Source: the human T2T-CHM13v2.0 reference genome, Homo sapiens
Length of the DNA: 64,000 nt
NCBI RefSeq assembly: GCF_009914755.1
Contig: NC_060927.1
Reading direction: 5' to 3' (one strand)
Positions within the stretch are counted from its first letter, which is position 1, and every line of letters starts with the position of its first letter. The position numbers and the translations under genes were made by a program. Under the pieces are notes generated by a model. It did not search any database, had not been told where the DNA came from, and saw only the letters and a program-made list of their open reading frames with translations. Below, piece by piece: positions 31,663 through 46,393 of this stretch.

Positions 31663-34600
31663 GTATACATTATATACTGTACATAAAATATGAAATTACA
31701 TCAAATAAATATTATATTAGGTACATAAAATATGAAAGTACATCAAATATAGATTATATACTGTACATTAAATACCAAAGTACCCCAAATATATATTTTA
31801 TACTGTACATGAAATATCAAAGTTCACAAACTATATATTATATACTGTACATAAAATATCAAAGTACCTAAGGTATATATTCTATACTGTACAAAAAATA
31901 TCAAAGTACCCAAAGCATGTATTATAAACTGTACATAAAATATGAAAGTACATCAACTATATATTTTATTCTGTACATAAAATATCAAAGTACACCAGAG
32001 ATATATTCTATAGTGTACATAAAATATCAAAGTACCCAAACTATACATTATATACTGTACATAAAATATGAAATAACATCAAATATATATTATATTAGGT
32101 ACATAAAATATGAAAGTACATCAAATATAGATTATATACTGTACATAAAATATCAAAGTACCCAAATATATATTATATGCTCTACAGGAAATATCAAAGT
32201 TCACACACTATATATTATATACTGTACATAAAATATCAAAGTACCCAAGTATATATTCTATACTGTACAAAAAATATCAAAGTACCCAAAGCATGTATTA
32301 TATACTGTATGTAAAATATGAAATTACATCAAATATATATTTTATTCTGTACATAAAATATCAAAGTACACCAGATATATATTCTATAGTGTACATAAAA
32401 TAACAAAGTACACAAACTATAAATTATATACTGTACATAAAATATGAAATTACATCAAATATATATTAGGTACATAAAATATGAAAGTAAATCAAATATA
32501 GATTATATACTGTACATAAAATATCAATGTACCCCAAATATATATTATATACTCTACAGGAAATATCAAAGTTCACAAACCATATATTATATACTGTACA
32601 AAAAATATCAAAGTACCCAAGGTATATATTCTATACAGTACAAAAAATATCAAAGTACCCAAAGCATGTATTATATACTGTATATAAAATATGAAAGTAC
32701 ATCAAATATATATTTTATTCTGTACATAAAATATCAAAGTACACCAGATATATATTCTGTAGTGTACATAAAATAACAAAGTACACAAACTATAAATTAT
32801 ATACTGTACATAAAATATGAAATTACATCAAATATATATTAGGTACATAAAATATGAAAGTACATCAAATATAGATTATATACTGTACATAAAATATCAA
32901 AGTACCCCAAATATATATTATATACTGTACATGAAATATCAAAGCTCACAAACTATATATTATATAATGTACATAAAATATCAAAGTACCCAAGGTATAT
33001 ATTCTATACTGTACAAAAAATATCAAAGTACCCAAAGCATGTATTATATACTGTACATAAAATATGAAAGTACATCAAATATATATTTTATTCTGTACAT
33101 AAAATATCAAAGTACACCAGATATATATTCTAAGGTGTACATAAAATATCAAAGTACCCAAACTATACAATATATACTGTACATAAAATATGAAATTATA
33201 TCAAATATGTATTATATTAAGTACATAAAATATGAAAGTACATCATATATAGATTATATACTGTACATTAAATACCAAAGTACCCCAAATATATATTTTA
33301 TACTGTACATGAAATATCAAAGTTCACAAACTATATATTATATACTGTACATAAAATATCAAAGTACCCAAGGTATATATTCTATACTGTACAAAAAATA
33401 TCAAAGTACCCAAAGCATGTATTATATACTGTACATAAAATATGAAAGTACATCAAATATATATTTTATTCTGTACATAAAATATCAAAGTACACCAGAT
33501 ATATATTCTATAGTGTACATAAAATATCAAAGTACCCAAACTATACATTATATACTGTACATAAAATATGAAATTACAGCAAATATATATTATATTAGGT
33601 ACATAAAATATGAAAGTACATCAAATATAGATTATATACTGTACATTAAATACCAAAGTACCCCAAATATATATTTTATACTGTACATGAAATATCAAAG
33701 TTCACAAACTATATATTATATACTGTACATAAAATATCAAAGTACCCAAGGTATATATTCTATACTGTACAAAAAATATCAAAGTACCCAAAGCATGTAT
33801 TATAAACTGTACATAAAATATGAAAGTAGATCAACTATATATTTTATTCTGTACATAAAATATCAAAGTACACCAGAGATATATTCTATAGTGTACATAA
33901 AATATCAAAGTACCCAAACTATACATTATATACTGTACATAAAATATGAAATAACATCAAATATATATTATATTAGGTACATAAAATATGAAAGTACATC
34001 AAATATAGATTATATACTGTACATAAAATATCAAAGTACCCAAATATATATTATATGCTCTATAGGAAATATCAAAGTTCACACACTATATATTATATAC
34101 TGTACATAAAATATCAAAGTACCCAAGGTATATATTCTATACTGTACAAAAAATATCAAAGTACCCAAAGCATGTATTATATACTGTACATAAAATATGA
34201 AAGTACATCAAATATATATTTTATTCTGTACATAAAATATCAAAGTACACCAGATATATATTCTATAGTGTACATAAAATATCAAAGTACCCAAACTATA
34301 CATTATATACTGTACATGAAATATGAAATTACATCAAATATATATTGTATTAGGTACATAAAATATGAAAGTACATCAAATATAGATTATATACTGTACA
34401 TTAAATACCAAAGTACCCCAAATCTATATTTTATACTGTACATGAAATATCAAAGTTCACAAACTATATATTATATTCTGTACATATAATATCAAAGTAC
34501 CCAAGGTATATATTCTATACTGTACAAAAAATAACAAAGTACCCAAAGCATGTATTATATACTGTACCTAATATATTAAAGTACATCAATTATATATTTT

Positions 34601-35365
34601 ATTCTGTACATAAAATATCAAAGTACACCAGATATATATTCTATAGTGTACATAAAATATCAAAGTACCCAAACTATAAATTATATACTGTACATAAAAT
34701 ATGAAATTACATCAAATATATATTAGGTACATAAAATATGAAAGTACATCAAATATAGATTATATACTGTACATAAAATATCAATGTACCCCAAATATAT
34801 ATTTTATACTCGACATGAAATATCAAAGTTCACAAACCATATATTATATACTGTACATAAAATATCAAAGTACCCAAGGTATATATTCTATACTGTACAA
34901 AAAATATGAAAGTACCCAAAGCATGTATTATATACTGTACATAAAATATGAAAGTACATCAAATATATTTTTTATTCTGTATATAAAATATCAAAGTACA
35001 CCAGATATATATTTTATAGTGTACATAAAATATCAAAGTACACAAACTATACATTATATACTGTACATAAAATATGAAATTACATCAAATATATATTATA
35101 TTAGGTACATAAAATATGAAAGTACATCAAATATAGATTACATACTGTACATAAAATATCAAAGTACCCCAAATATATATTATATACTCTACATGAAATA
35201 TCAAGGTTCACAAACTATATATTATATACCGTACATAAAATATCAAAGTACCCAAGGTATATATTCTATACTGTACAAAAAATATCAAAGTACCTAAAGC
35301 ATGTATTATATACTGTATATAAAATATGAAAGTACATAAAATATATGTTTTATTCTGTACATAAT

Positions 35366-38300
35366 ATATCAAAGTACACCAGATATATATTCTATAGTGT
35401 ACATAAAATAACAAAGTACACAAACTATAAATTATATACTGTACATAAAATATGAAATTACATCAAATATATATTAGGTACATAAAATATGAAAGTACAT
35501 CAAATATAGATTATATACTGTACATAAAATATCAATGTACCCCAAATATATATTTTATACTCTACATGAAATATCAAAGTTCAGAATCCATATATTATAT
35601 ACTGTACATAAAATATCAAAGTACCCAAGGTATATATTCTATACTATACAAAAAATATCAAAGTACCCAAAGCATGTATTATATACTGTATATAAAATAT
35701 GAAAGTACATCAAATATATATTTTATTCTGTACATATAATAACAAAGTACACCAGATATATATTCTATAGTGTTCATAAAATATCAAAGTACCCAAAATA
35801 TACATTATATACTGTACATAAAATATGAAATTACATCAAATATATATTATATTAGGTACATAAAATATGAAAGTACATCAAATATAGATTATATACTGTA
35901 CATAAAATATCAAAGTACCCCAAATATATATTATATACTCTACATGAAATATGAAAGTTCACAAACTATATATTATATACTGTATATAAAATATCAAAGT
36001 ACCCAAGGCATATATTCTATACTGTACAAAAAATATCAAAGTACCCAAAGCATGTATTATATACTGTATATAAAATATGAAAGTACATCAAATATATATT
36101 TTATTCTGTACATAAAATATCAAAGTACACCAGATATATATTCTATAGTGTACATAAAATAACAAAGTACAAAAACTATAAATTATATACTGTACATAAA
36201 ATATGAAATTACATCAAATATATATTAGGTACATAAAATATGAAAGTACATCAAATATAGATTATATGCTGTACATAAAATATCAATGTACCCCAAATAT
36301 ATATTTTATACTCGACATGAAATATCAAAGTTCACAAACCATATATTATTTACTGTACATAAAATATCAAAGTACCCAAGGTATATATTCTATACTGTAC
36401 AAAAAATATCAAAGTACCCAAAGCATGTATTATATACTGTACATAAAATATGAAACTACATCAAATATATTTTTTATTCTGTATATAAAATATCAAAGTA
36501 CACCAGATATATATTCTATAGTGTACATAAAATATCAAAGTACCCAAACTATACATTATATACTGTACATAAAATATGAAATTACATCAAATATATATTA
36601 TATTAGGTACATAAAATATGAAAGTACATCAAATATAGATTATATACTGTACATAAAATATCAAAGTACCACAAATATATATTATATACTGTACATGAAA
36701 TATCAAAGTTCACAAACTATATATTATATACTGTACATAAAATATCAAAGTACCCAAGGTATATATTCTATACTGTACAAAAAATATCAAAGTACCCAAA
36801 GCATGTATTATATACTGTACATAAAATATGAAAGTACATCAAATATATATTTTATTCTGTACATAAAATATCAAAGTACACCAGATATATATTCTATAGT
36901 GTACATAAAATAACAAAGTACACAAACCATAAATTATATACTGTACATAAAATATGACATTACATCAAATACATATTAGGTACATAAAATATGAAAGTTC
37001 ATCAAATATAGATTATATACTGTACATAAAATATCAATGTACCCCAAATATATATTTTATACTGTACATGAAATATCAAAGTTCACAAACTATATATTAT
37101 ATACTGTACATAAAATATCAAAGTACCCAAGGTATATATTCTATACTGTACAAAAGATATCAAAGTACCCAAAGCATGTATTATATACTGTACATTAAAT
37201 ATGAAAGTACATCAAATATATATTTTATTCTGTACATAAAATATCAAAGTACACCAGATATATATTCTATAGTGTACATAAAATATCAAAGTACCCAAAC
37301 TATTTATTATATACTGTACATAAAATATGAAATTACATCAAATATATATTATATTAGGTACGTAAAATATGAAAGTACATCAAATATAGATTATATACTG
37401 TACATTAAATACCAAAGTACCCCAAATATATATTTTATACTGTACATGAAATATCAAAGTTCACAAACTATATGTTATATACTGTACATAAAATATCAAA
37501 GTACCCAAGGTATATATTCTATACTGTACAAAAAATATCAAAGTACCAAAAGCATGTATTATATACTGTACCTAAAATATGAAAGAACATCAAATATATA
37601 TTTTATTCTGTACATAAAATATCAAAGTACACCAGATATATATTCTATAGTGTATATAAAATAACAAGGTACAAAAACTATAAATTATATACTGTACATA
37701 AAATATGAAATTACGTCAAATATATATTAGGTACATAAAATATGAAAGTACATCAAATATAGATTATATACTGTACATAAAATATCAAAGTACCACAAAT
37801 ATATATTATATACTCTACATGAAATATCAAAGTTCACAAACTATATATTATGTACTGTACATAAAATATCAAAGTACCCAAGGTATATATTCTATACTGT
37901 ACAAAAATTATCAAAGTACCCAAAGCATGTATTATATACTGTACATACAATATGAAAGTACATCAAATATATATTTTATTCTGTACATAAAATATCAAAG
38001 TACACCAGATATATATTCTATAGTGTACATAAAATAGCAAAGTACACAAACTATAAATTATATACTGTACAAAAAATATGAAATTACATCAAATATATAT
38101 TAGGTACATAAAATATGAAAGTACATCAAATATAGATTATATACTGTACATAAAATATCAATGTACCCCAAATATATATTTTATACTCTACATGAAATAT
38201 CAAAATTCACAAACCATACATTGTATACTGTACATAAAATATCAAAGTACCCAAGGTATGTATTCTATACTGTACAAAAAATATCAAAGTACCCAAAGCA

Positions 38301-41300
38301 TGTATAATATACTGTATATAAAATATGAAAGTACATCAAATATATATTTTATTCTGTACATAAAATATCAAAGTACACCAGATATATATTCTCTAGTGTA
38401 CATAAAATATCAAAGTACCCAAACTATACATTATATACTGTACATAAAATATGAAATTACATCAAATATATATTATATTAGGTACATAAAATATGAAAGT
38501 ACATCAAATATAGATTATATACTGTACATTAAGTACCAAAGTACCCCAAATATATATTTTATACTGTACATGAAATATCAAAGTTCACAAACTATATATT
38601 ATATACTGTACATAAAATATCAAAGTACCCAAGGCATATATTCTATACTGTACAAAAAATATCAAAGTACCCAAAGCATGTATTATATACTGTATATAAA
38701 ATATGAAAGTACATCAAATATATATTTTATTCTGTACATAAAATATCAAAGTACACCAGATATATATTCTATAGTGTACATAAAATAACAAAGTACACAA
38801 ACTATAAATTATATACTGTACATAAAATATGAAATTACATCAAATATATATTAGGTACATAAAATATGAAAGTACATCAAATATAGATTATATACTGTAC
38901 ATAAAATATCAATGTACCCCAAATATATATTTTATACTCTACATGAAATATCAAAGTTCACAATCCATATATTATATACTGTACATAAAATATCAAAGTA
39001 CCCAAGGTATATATTCTATACTATACAAAAAATATCAAAGTACCCAAAGCATGTATTATATACTGTATATAAAATATGAAAGTACATCAAATATATATTT
39101 TATTCTGTACATATAATAACAAAGTACACCAGATATATATTCTATAGTGTTCATAAAATATCAAAGTACCCAAAATATACATTATATACTGTACATAAAA
39201 TATGAAATTACATCAAATATATATTATATTAGGTACATAAAATATGAAAGTACATCAAATATAGATTATATACTGTACATAAAATATCAAAGTACCCCAA
39301 ATATATATTATATACTCTACATGAAATATGAAAGTTCACAAACTATATATTATATACTGTATATAAAATATCAAAGTACCCAAGGCATATATTCTATACT
39401 GTACAAAAAATATCAAAGTACCCAAAGCATGTATTATATACTGTATATAAAATATGAAAGTACATCAAATATATATTTTATTCTGTACATAAAATATCAA
39501 AGTACACCAGATATATATTCTATAGTGTACATAAAATAACAAAGTACAAAAACTATAAATTATATACTGTACATAAAATATGAAATTACATCAAATATAT
39601 ATTAGGTACATAAAATATGAAAGTACATCAAATATAGATTATATGCTGTACATAAAATATCAATGTACCCCAAATATATATTTTATACTCGACATGAAAT
39701 ATCAAAGTTCACAAACCATATATTATTTACTGTACATAAAATATCAAAGTACCCAAGGTATATATTCTATACTGTACAAAAAATATCAAAGTACCCAAAG
39801 CATGTATTATATACTGTACATAAAATATGAAACTACATCAAATATATTTTTTATTCTGTATATAAAATATCAAAGTACACCAGATATATATTCTATAGTG
39901 TACATAAAATATCAAAGTACCCAAACTATACATTATATACTGTACATAAAATATGAAATTACATCAAATATATATTATATTAGGTACATAAAATATGAAA
40001 GTACATCAAATATAGATTATATACTGTACATAAAATATCAAAGTACCACAAATATATATTATATACTGTACATGAAATATCAAAGTTCACAAACTATATA
40101 TTATATACTGTACATAAAATATCAAAGTACCCAAGGTATATATTCTATACTGTACAAAAAATATCAAAGTACCCAAAGCATGTATTATATACTGTACATA
40201 AAATATGAAAGTACATCAAATATATATTTTATTCTGTACATAAAATATCAAAGTACACCAGATATATATTCTATAGTGTACATAAAATAACAAAGTACAC
40301 AAACCATAAATTATATACTGTACATAAAATATGACATTACATCAAATACATATTAGGTACATAAAATATGAAAGTTCATCAAATATAGATTATATACTGT
40401 ACATAAAATATCAATGTACCCCAAATATATATTTTATACTGTACATGAAATATCAAAGTTCACAAACTATATATTATATACTGTACATAAAATATCAAAG
40501 TACCCAAGGTATATATTCTATACTGTACAAAAGATATCAAAGTACCCAAAGCATGTATTATATACTGTACATTAAATATGAAAGTACATCAAATATATAT
40601 TTTATTCTGTACATAAAATATCAAAGTACACCAGATATATATTCTATAGTGTACATAAAATATCAAAGTACCCAAACTATTTATTATATACTGTACATAA
40701 AATATGAAATTACATCAAATATATATTATATTAGGTACGTAAAATATGAAAGTACATCAAATATAGATTATATACTGTACATTAAATACCAAAGTACCTC
40801 AAATATATATTTTATACTGTACATGAAATATCAAAGTTCACAAACTATATGTTATATACTGTACATAAAATATCAAAGTACCCAAGGTATATATTCTATA
40901 CTGTACAAAAAATATCAAAGTACCAAAAGCATGTATTATATACTGTACCTAAAATATGAAAGAACATCAAATATATATTTTATTCTGTACATAAAATATC
41001 AAAGTACACCAGATATATATTCTATAGTGTATATAAAATAACAAGGTACAAAAACTATAAATTATATACTGTACATAAAATATGAAATTACGTCAAATAT
41101 ATATTAGGTACATAAAATATGAAAGTACATCAAATATAGATTATATACTGTACATAAAATATCAAAGTACCACAAATATATATTATATACTCTACATGAA
41201 ATATCAAAGTTCACAAACTATATATTATGTACTGTACATAAAATATCAAAGTACCCAAGGTATATATTCTATACTGTACAAAAATTATCAAAGTACCCAA

Positions 41301-41396
41301 AGCATGTATTATATACTGTACATACAATATGAAAGTACATCAAATATATATTTTATTCTGTACATAAAATATCAAAGTACACCAGATATATATTCT
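35366..41396 (+). repeat. 3,377-bp tandem duplication (9 units) nested in the macro-repeat; recurs from ~57782
   Basis: ORF pairs 35452/38829, 35770/39147, 36203/39580, 36954/40331 and 37705/41082 are 3377 apart (5x373+4x378). Confidence 0.9.
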
Positions 41397-44300
41397 CTAG
41401 TGTACATAAAATATCAAAGTACCCAAACTATACATTATATACTGTACATAAAATATGAAATTACATCAAATATATATTATATTAGGTACATAAAATATGA
41501 AAGTACATCAAATATAGATTATATACTGTACATTAAGTACCAAAGTACCCCAAATATATATTTTATACTGTACATGAAATATCAAAGTTCACAAACTATA
41601 TATTATATACTGTACATAAAATATCAAAGTACCCAAGGTATATATTCTATACTGTACAAAAAATATCAAAGTACCCAAAGCATGTATTATAAACTGTACA
41701 TAAAATATGAAAGTACATCAAATATATATTTTATTCTGTACATAAAATATCAAAGTACACCAGATATATATTCTATAGTGTACATAAAATATCAAACTAC
41801 CCAAACTATACATTATATACTGTACATAAAATATGAAATTACATCAAATATATATTATATTAGGTACATAAAATATGAAAGTACATCAAATATAGATTAT
41901 ATACTATACATAAAATATCAAAGTACCCCAAATATATATTATATACTCTACATGAAATATCAAAGTTCACAAACTATATATTATATACTGTACATAAAAT
42001 ATCAAAGTACCCAAGGTATATATTCTATACTGCACAAAAAATATCAAAGTACCCAAAGCATGTATTATATACTGTATATAAAATATGAAAGTACATCAAA
42101 TATATATTTTATTCTGTACATAAAATATCAAAGTACACCAGATATATATTCTATAGTGTACATATAATAACAAAGTACACAAACTATAAATTATATACTG
42201 TACATAAAATATGAAATTACATCAAATATATATTAGGTACATAAAATATGAAAGTACATCAAATATACATTATATACTGTACATAAAATATCAATGTACC
42301 CCAAATATATATTTTATACTCTACATGAAATATCAAAGTTCACAAACCATATATTATATACTGTACATAAAATATCAAAGTACCCAAGGTATATATTCTA
42401 TACTGTACAAAAATTATCAAAGTACCCAAAGCATGTATTATATACTGTACATAAAATATGAGAGTACATCAAATATATATTTTATTCTGTACATAAAATA
42501 TCAAAGTACACCAGATATATATTCTATAGTGTACATAAAATATCAAAGTACCCAAACTATACATTATATACTGTACATAAAATATGAGATTACATCAAAT
42601 ATATATTATATTAGGTACATAAAATATGAAAGTACATCTGATATAGATTATATACTGTACATAAAATATCAAAGTACCCCAAATATATATTATATACTCT
42701 ACATGAAATATGAAAGTTCACAAACTATATATTATATACTGTACATAAAATATCAAAGTACCCAAGGTATATATTCTATACTGTACAAAAAATATCAAAG
42801 TACCCAAAGCATGTATTATATACTGTATATAAAATATGAAAATTCATTAAATATATATTTTATTCTGTACATGAAATATCAAAGTACACCAGATATATAT
42901 TCTATAGTGTACATAAAATAACAAAGTACACAAACTATAAATTATATACTGTACGTAAAATATGAAATTACGTCAAATATATATTAGGTACATAAAATAT
43001 GAAAGTACATCAAATATAGATTATATACTGTACATATAATATCAATGTACCCCAAATATATATTTTATACTCTACATGAAATATCAAAGTTCACAAACCA
43101 TACATTATACACTGTATATAAAATATCAAAGTACCCAAGGTATATATTCTATACTGTACAAAAAATATCAAAGTACCCAAAGCATGTATTATGTACTGTA
43201 CATAAAATATGAAAGTACATCAAATATATATTTTATTCTGTACATAAAATATCAAAGTACACCAGATATATATTCTATAGTGTACATAAAATATCAAAGT
43301 ACCCAAACTATACATTATATATTGTACATAAAATATGAAATTACATCAAATATATATTAGGTACATAAAATATGAAAGTATATCAAATATAGATTATATA
43401 CTGTACATATAATATCAATGTACACCAAATATATATTTTATACTGTACATGAAATATCAAAGTTCACAAACCATATATTATATACTGTACATAAAATATC
43501 AAAGTACCCAAGGTATATATTCTATACTGTACAAAAAATATCAAAGTACCCAAAGCATGTATTATATACTGTACATAAAATATGAAAGTACATCAAATAT
43601 ATATTTTATTCTGTACATAAAATATCAAAGTACACCAGATATATATTCTATAGTGTACATAAAATATCAAAGTACCCAAACTATACATTATATACTATAC
43701 ATAAAATATGAAATTACATCAAATATATATTATATTAGGTACATAAAATATGAAAGCACATCAAATATAGATTATATACTGTACATTAAATACCAAAGTA
43801 CCCCAAATATATATTTTATACTGTACATCAAATATCAAAGTTCACAAACTATATATTATATACTGTACATAAAATATCAAAGTACTCAAGGTATATATTC
43901 TATACTGTACAAAAAATATCAAAGTACCCAAAGCATGTATTATATACTGTACATAAAAGATGAAAGTACATCAAATATATATTTTATTCTGTACATAAAA
44001 TATCAAAGTACACCAGATATATATTCTATAGTGTACATAAAATATCAAAGTACCCAAACTGTAGATTATATACTGTACATAAAATATGAAATTACATCAA
44101 ATATATATTAGGTACATAAAATATGAAAGTACATCAAACATAGATTATATACTGTACATAAAATATCAAAGTACCCGAAATATATATTATATACTGTACA
44201 TGAAATATCAAAGTTCACAAACTATATATTATATACTGTACATAAAATATCAAAGTACCCAAGGTATATATTCTATACTGTACAAAAAATATCAAAGTAC

Positions 44301-46393
44301 CCAAAGCATGTATTATATACTGTACATAAAATATGAAAGTACATCAAATATATATTTTATTCTGTACATAAAACATCAAAGTACACCAGATATATATTCT
44401 ATAGTGTACATAAGATATCAAAGTACCCAAACTATACATTATATACTGTACATAAAATATGAAATTACATCAAACATATATTATATTAGGTACATAAAAT
44501 ATGAAAGTACATCAAATATATATTATATACTGTACATAAAATATCAAAGTACCCCAAATATATATTATATACTCTACATGAAATATCAAAGTTCACAAAC
44601 TATATATTATATACTGTACATAAAATATCAAAGTACCCAAGGTATATATTCTATACTGTACAAAAAATATCAAAGTATCCAAAGAATGTATTATATACTG
44701 TATATAAAATATGAAAGTAAATTAAATATATATTTTATTCTGTACATAAAATATCAAAGTACACCAGATATATATTCTATAGTGTATATAAAATAACAAG
44801 GTACAAAAACTATAAATTATATACTGTACATAAAATATGAAATTACGTCAAATATATATTAGGTACATAAAATATGAAAGTACATCAAATATAGATTATA
44901 TACTGTACATAAAATATCAAAGTACCACAAATATATATTATATACTCTACATGAAATATCAAAGTTCACAAACTATATATTATGTACTGTACATAAAATA
45001 TCAAAGTACCCAAGGTATATATTCTATACTGTACAAAAATTATCAAAGTACCCAAAGCATGTATTATATACTGTACATACAATATGAAAGTACATCAAAT
45101 ATATATTTTATTCTGTACATAAAATATCAAAGTACACCAGATATATATTCTCTAGTGTACATAAAATATCAAAGTACCCAAACTATACATTATATACTGT
45201 ACATAAAATATGAAATTACATCAAATATATATTATATTAGGTACATAAAATATGAAAGTACATCAAATATAGATTATATACTGTACATTAAGTACCAAAG
45301 TACCCCAAATATATATTTTATACTGTACATGAAATATCAAAGTTCACAAACTATATATTATATACTGTACATAAAATATCAAAGTACCCAAGGTATATAT
45401 TCTATACTGTACAAAAAATATCAAAGTACCCAAAGCATGTATTATAAACTGTACATAAAATATGAAAGTACATCAAATATATATTTTATTCTGTACATAA
45501 AATATCAAAGTACACCAGATATATATTCTATAGTGTACATAAAATATCAAACTACCCAAACTATACATTATATACTGTACATAAAATATGAAATTACATC
45601 AAATATATATTATATTAGGTACATAAAATATGAAAGTACATCAAATATAGATTATATACTATACATAAAATATCAAAGTACCCCAAATATATATTATATA
45701 CTCTACATGAAATATCAAAGTTCACAAACTATATATTATATACTGTACATAAAATATCAAAGTACCCAAGGTATATATTCTATACTGCACAAAAAATATC
45801 AAAGTACCCAAAGCATGTATTATATACTGTATATAAAATATGAAAGTACATCAAATATATATTTTATTCTGTACATAAAATATCAAAGTACACCAGATAT
45901 ATATTCTATAGTGTACATATAATAACAAAGTACACAAACTATAAATTATATACTGTACATAAAATATGAAATTACATCAAATATATATTAGGTACATAAA
46001 ATATGAAAGTACATCAAATATACATTATATACTGTACATAAAATATCAATGTACCCCAAATATATATTTTATACTCTACATGAAATATCAAAGTTCACAA
46101 ACCATATATTATATACTGTACATAAAATATCAAAGTACCCAAGGTATATATTCTATACTGTACAAAAATTATCAAAGTACCCAAAGCATGTATTATATAC
46201 TGTACATAAAATATGAGAGTACATCAAATATATATTTTATTCTGTACATAAAATATCAAAGTACACCAGATATATATTCTATAGTGTACATAAAATATCA
46301 AAGTACCCAAACTATACATTATATACTGTACATAAAATATGAGATTACATCAAATATATATTATATTAGGTACATAAAATATGAAAGTACATC
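40968..46393 (+). repeat. ~1.67-kb block repeated at an offset of 3,755 bp (~40968-42638 and ~44723-46393)
   Basis: ORFs 41082 and 44837 (361 aa, identical) and 42211/45966 are 3755 apart (5x373+5x378). The second copy ends at the macro-duplication junction. Confidence 0.87.

Larger units (their letters stand above)
23959..46374 (+). repeat. First copy of a 22,416-bp tandem macro-duplication (domain C)
   Basis: ORFs from 24150 to 40331 have counterparts at +22416 (24150/46566, 24795/47211, 32817/55233, 40331/62747). The length balances exactly: 60x378 minus one 126-bp deletion, 26 five-bp deletions and 8 bp of small deletions = 22416. Confidence 0.93.
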
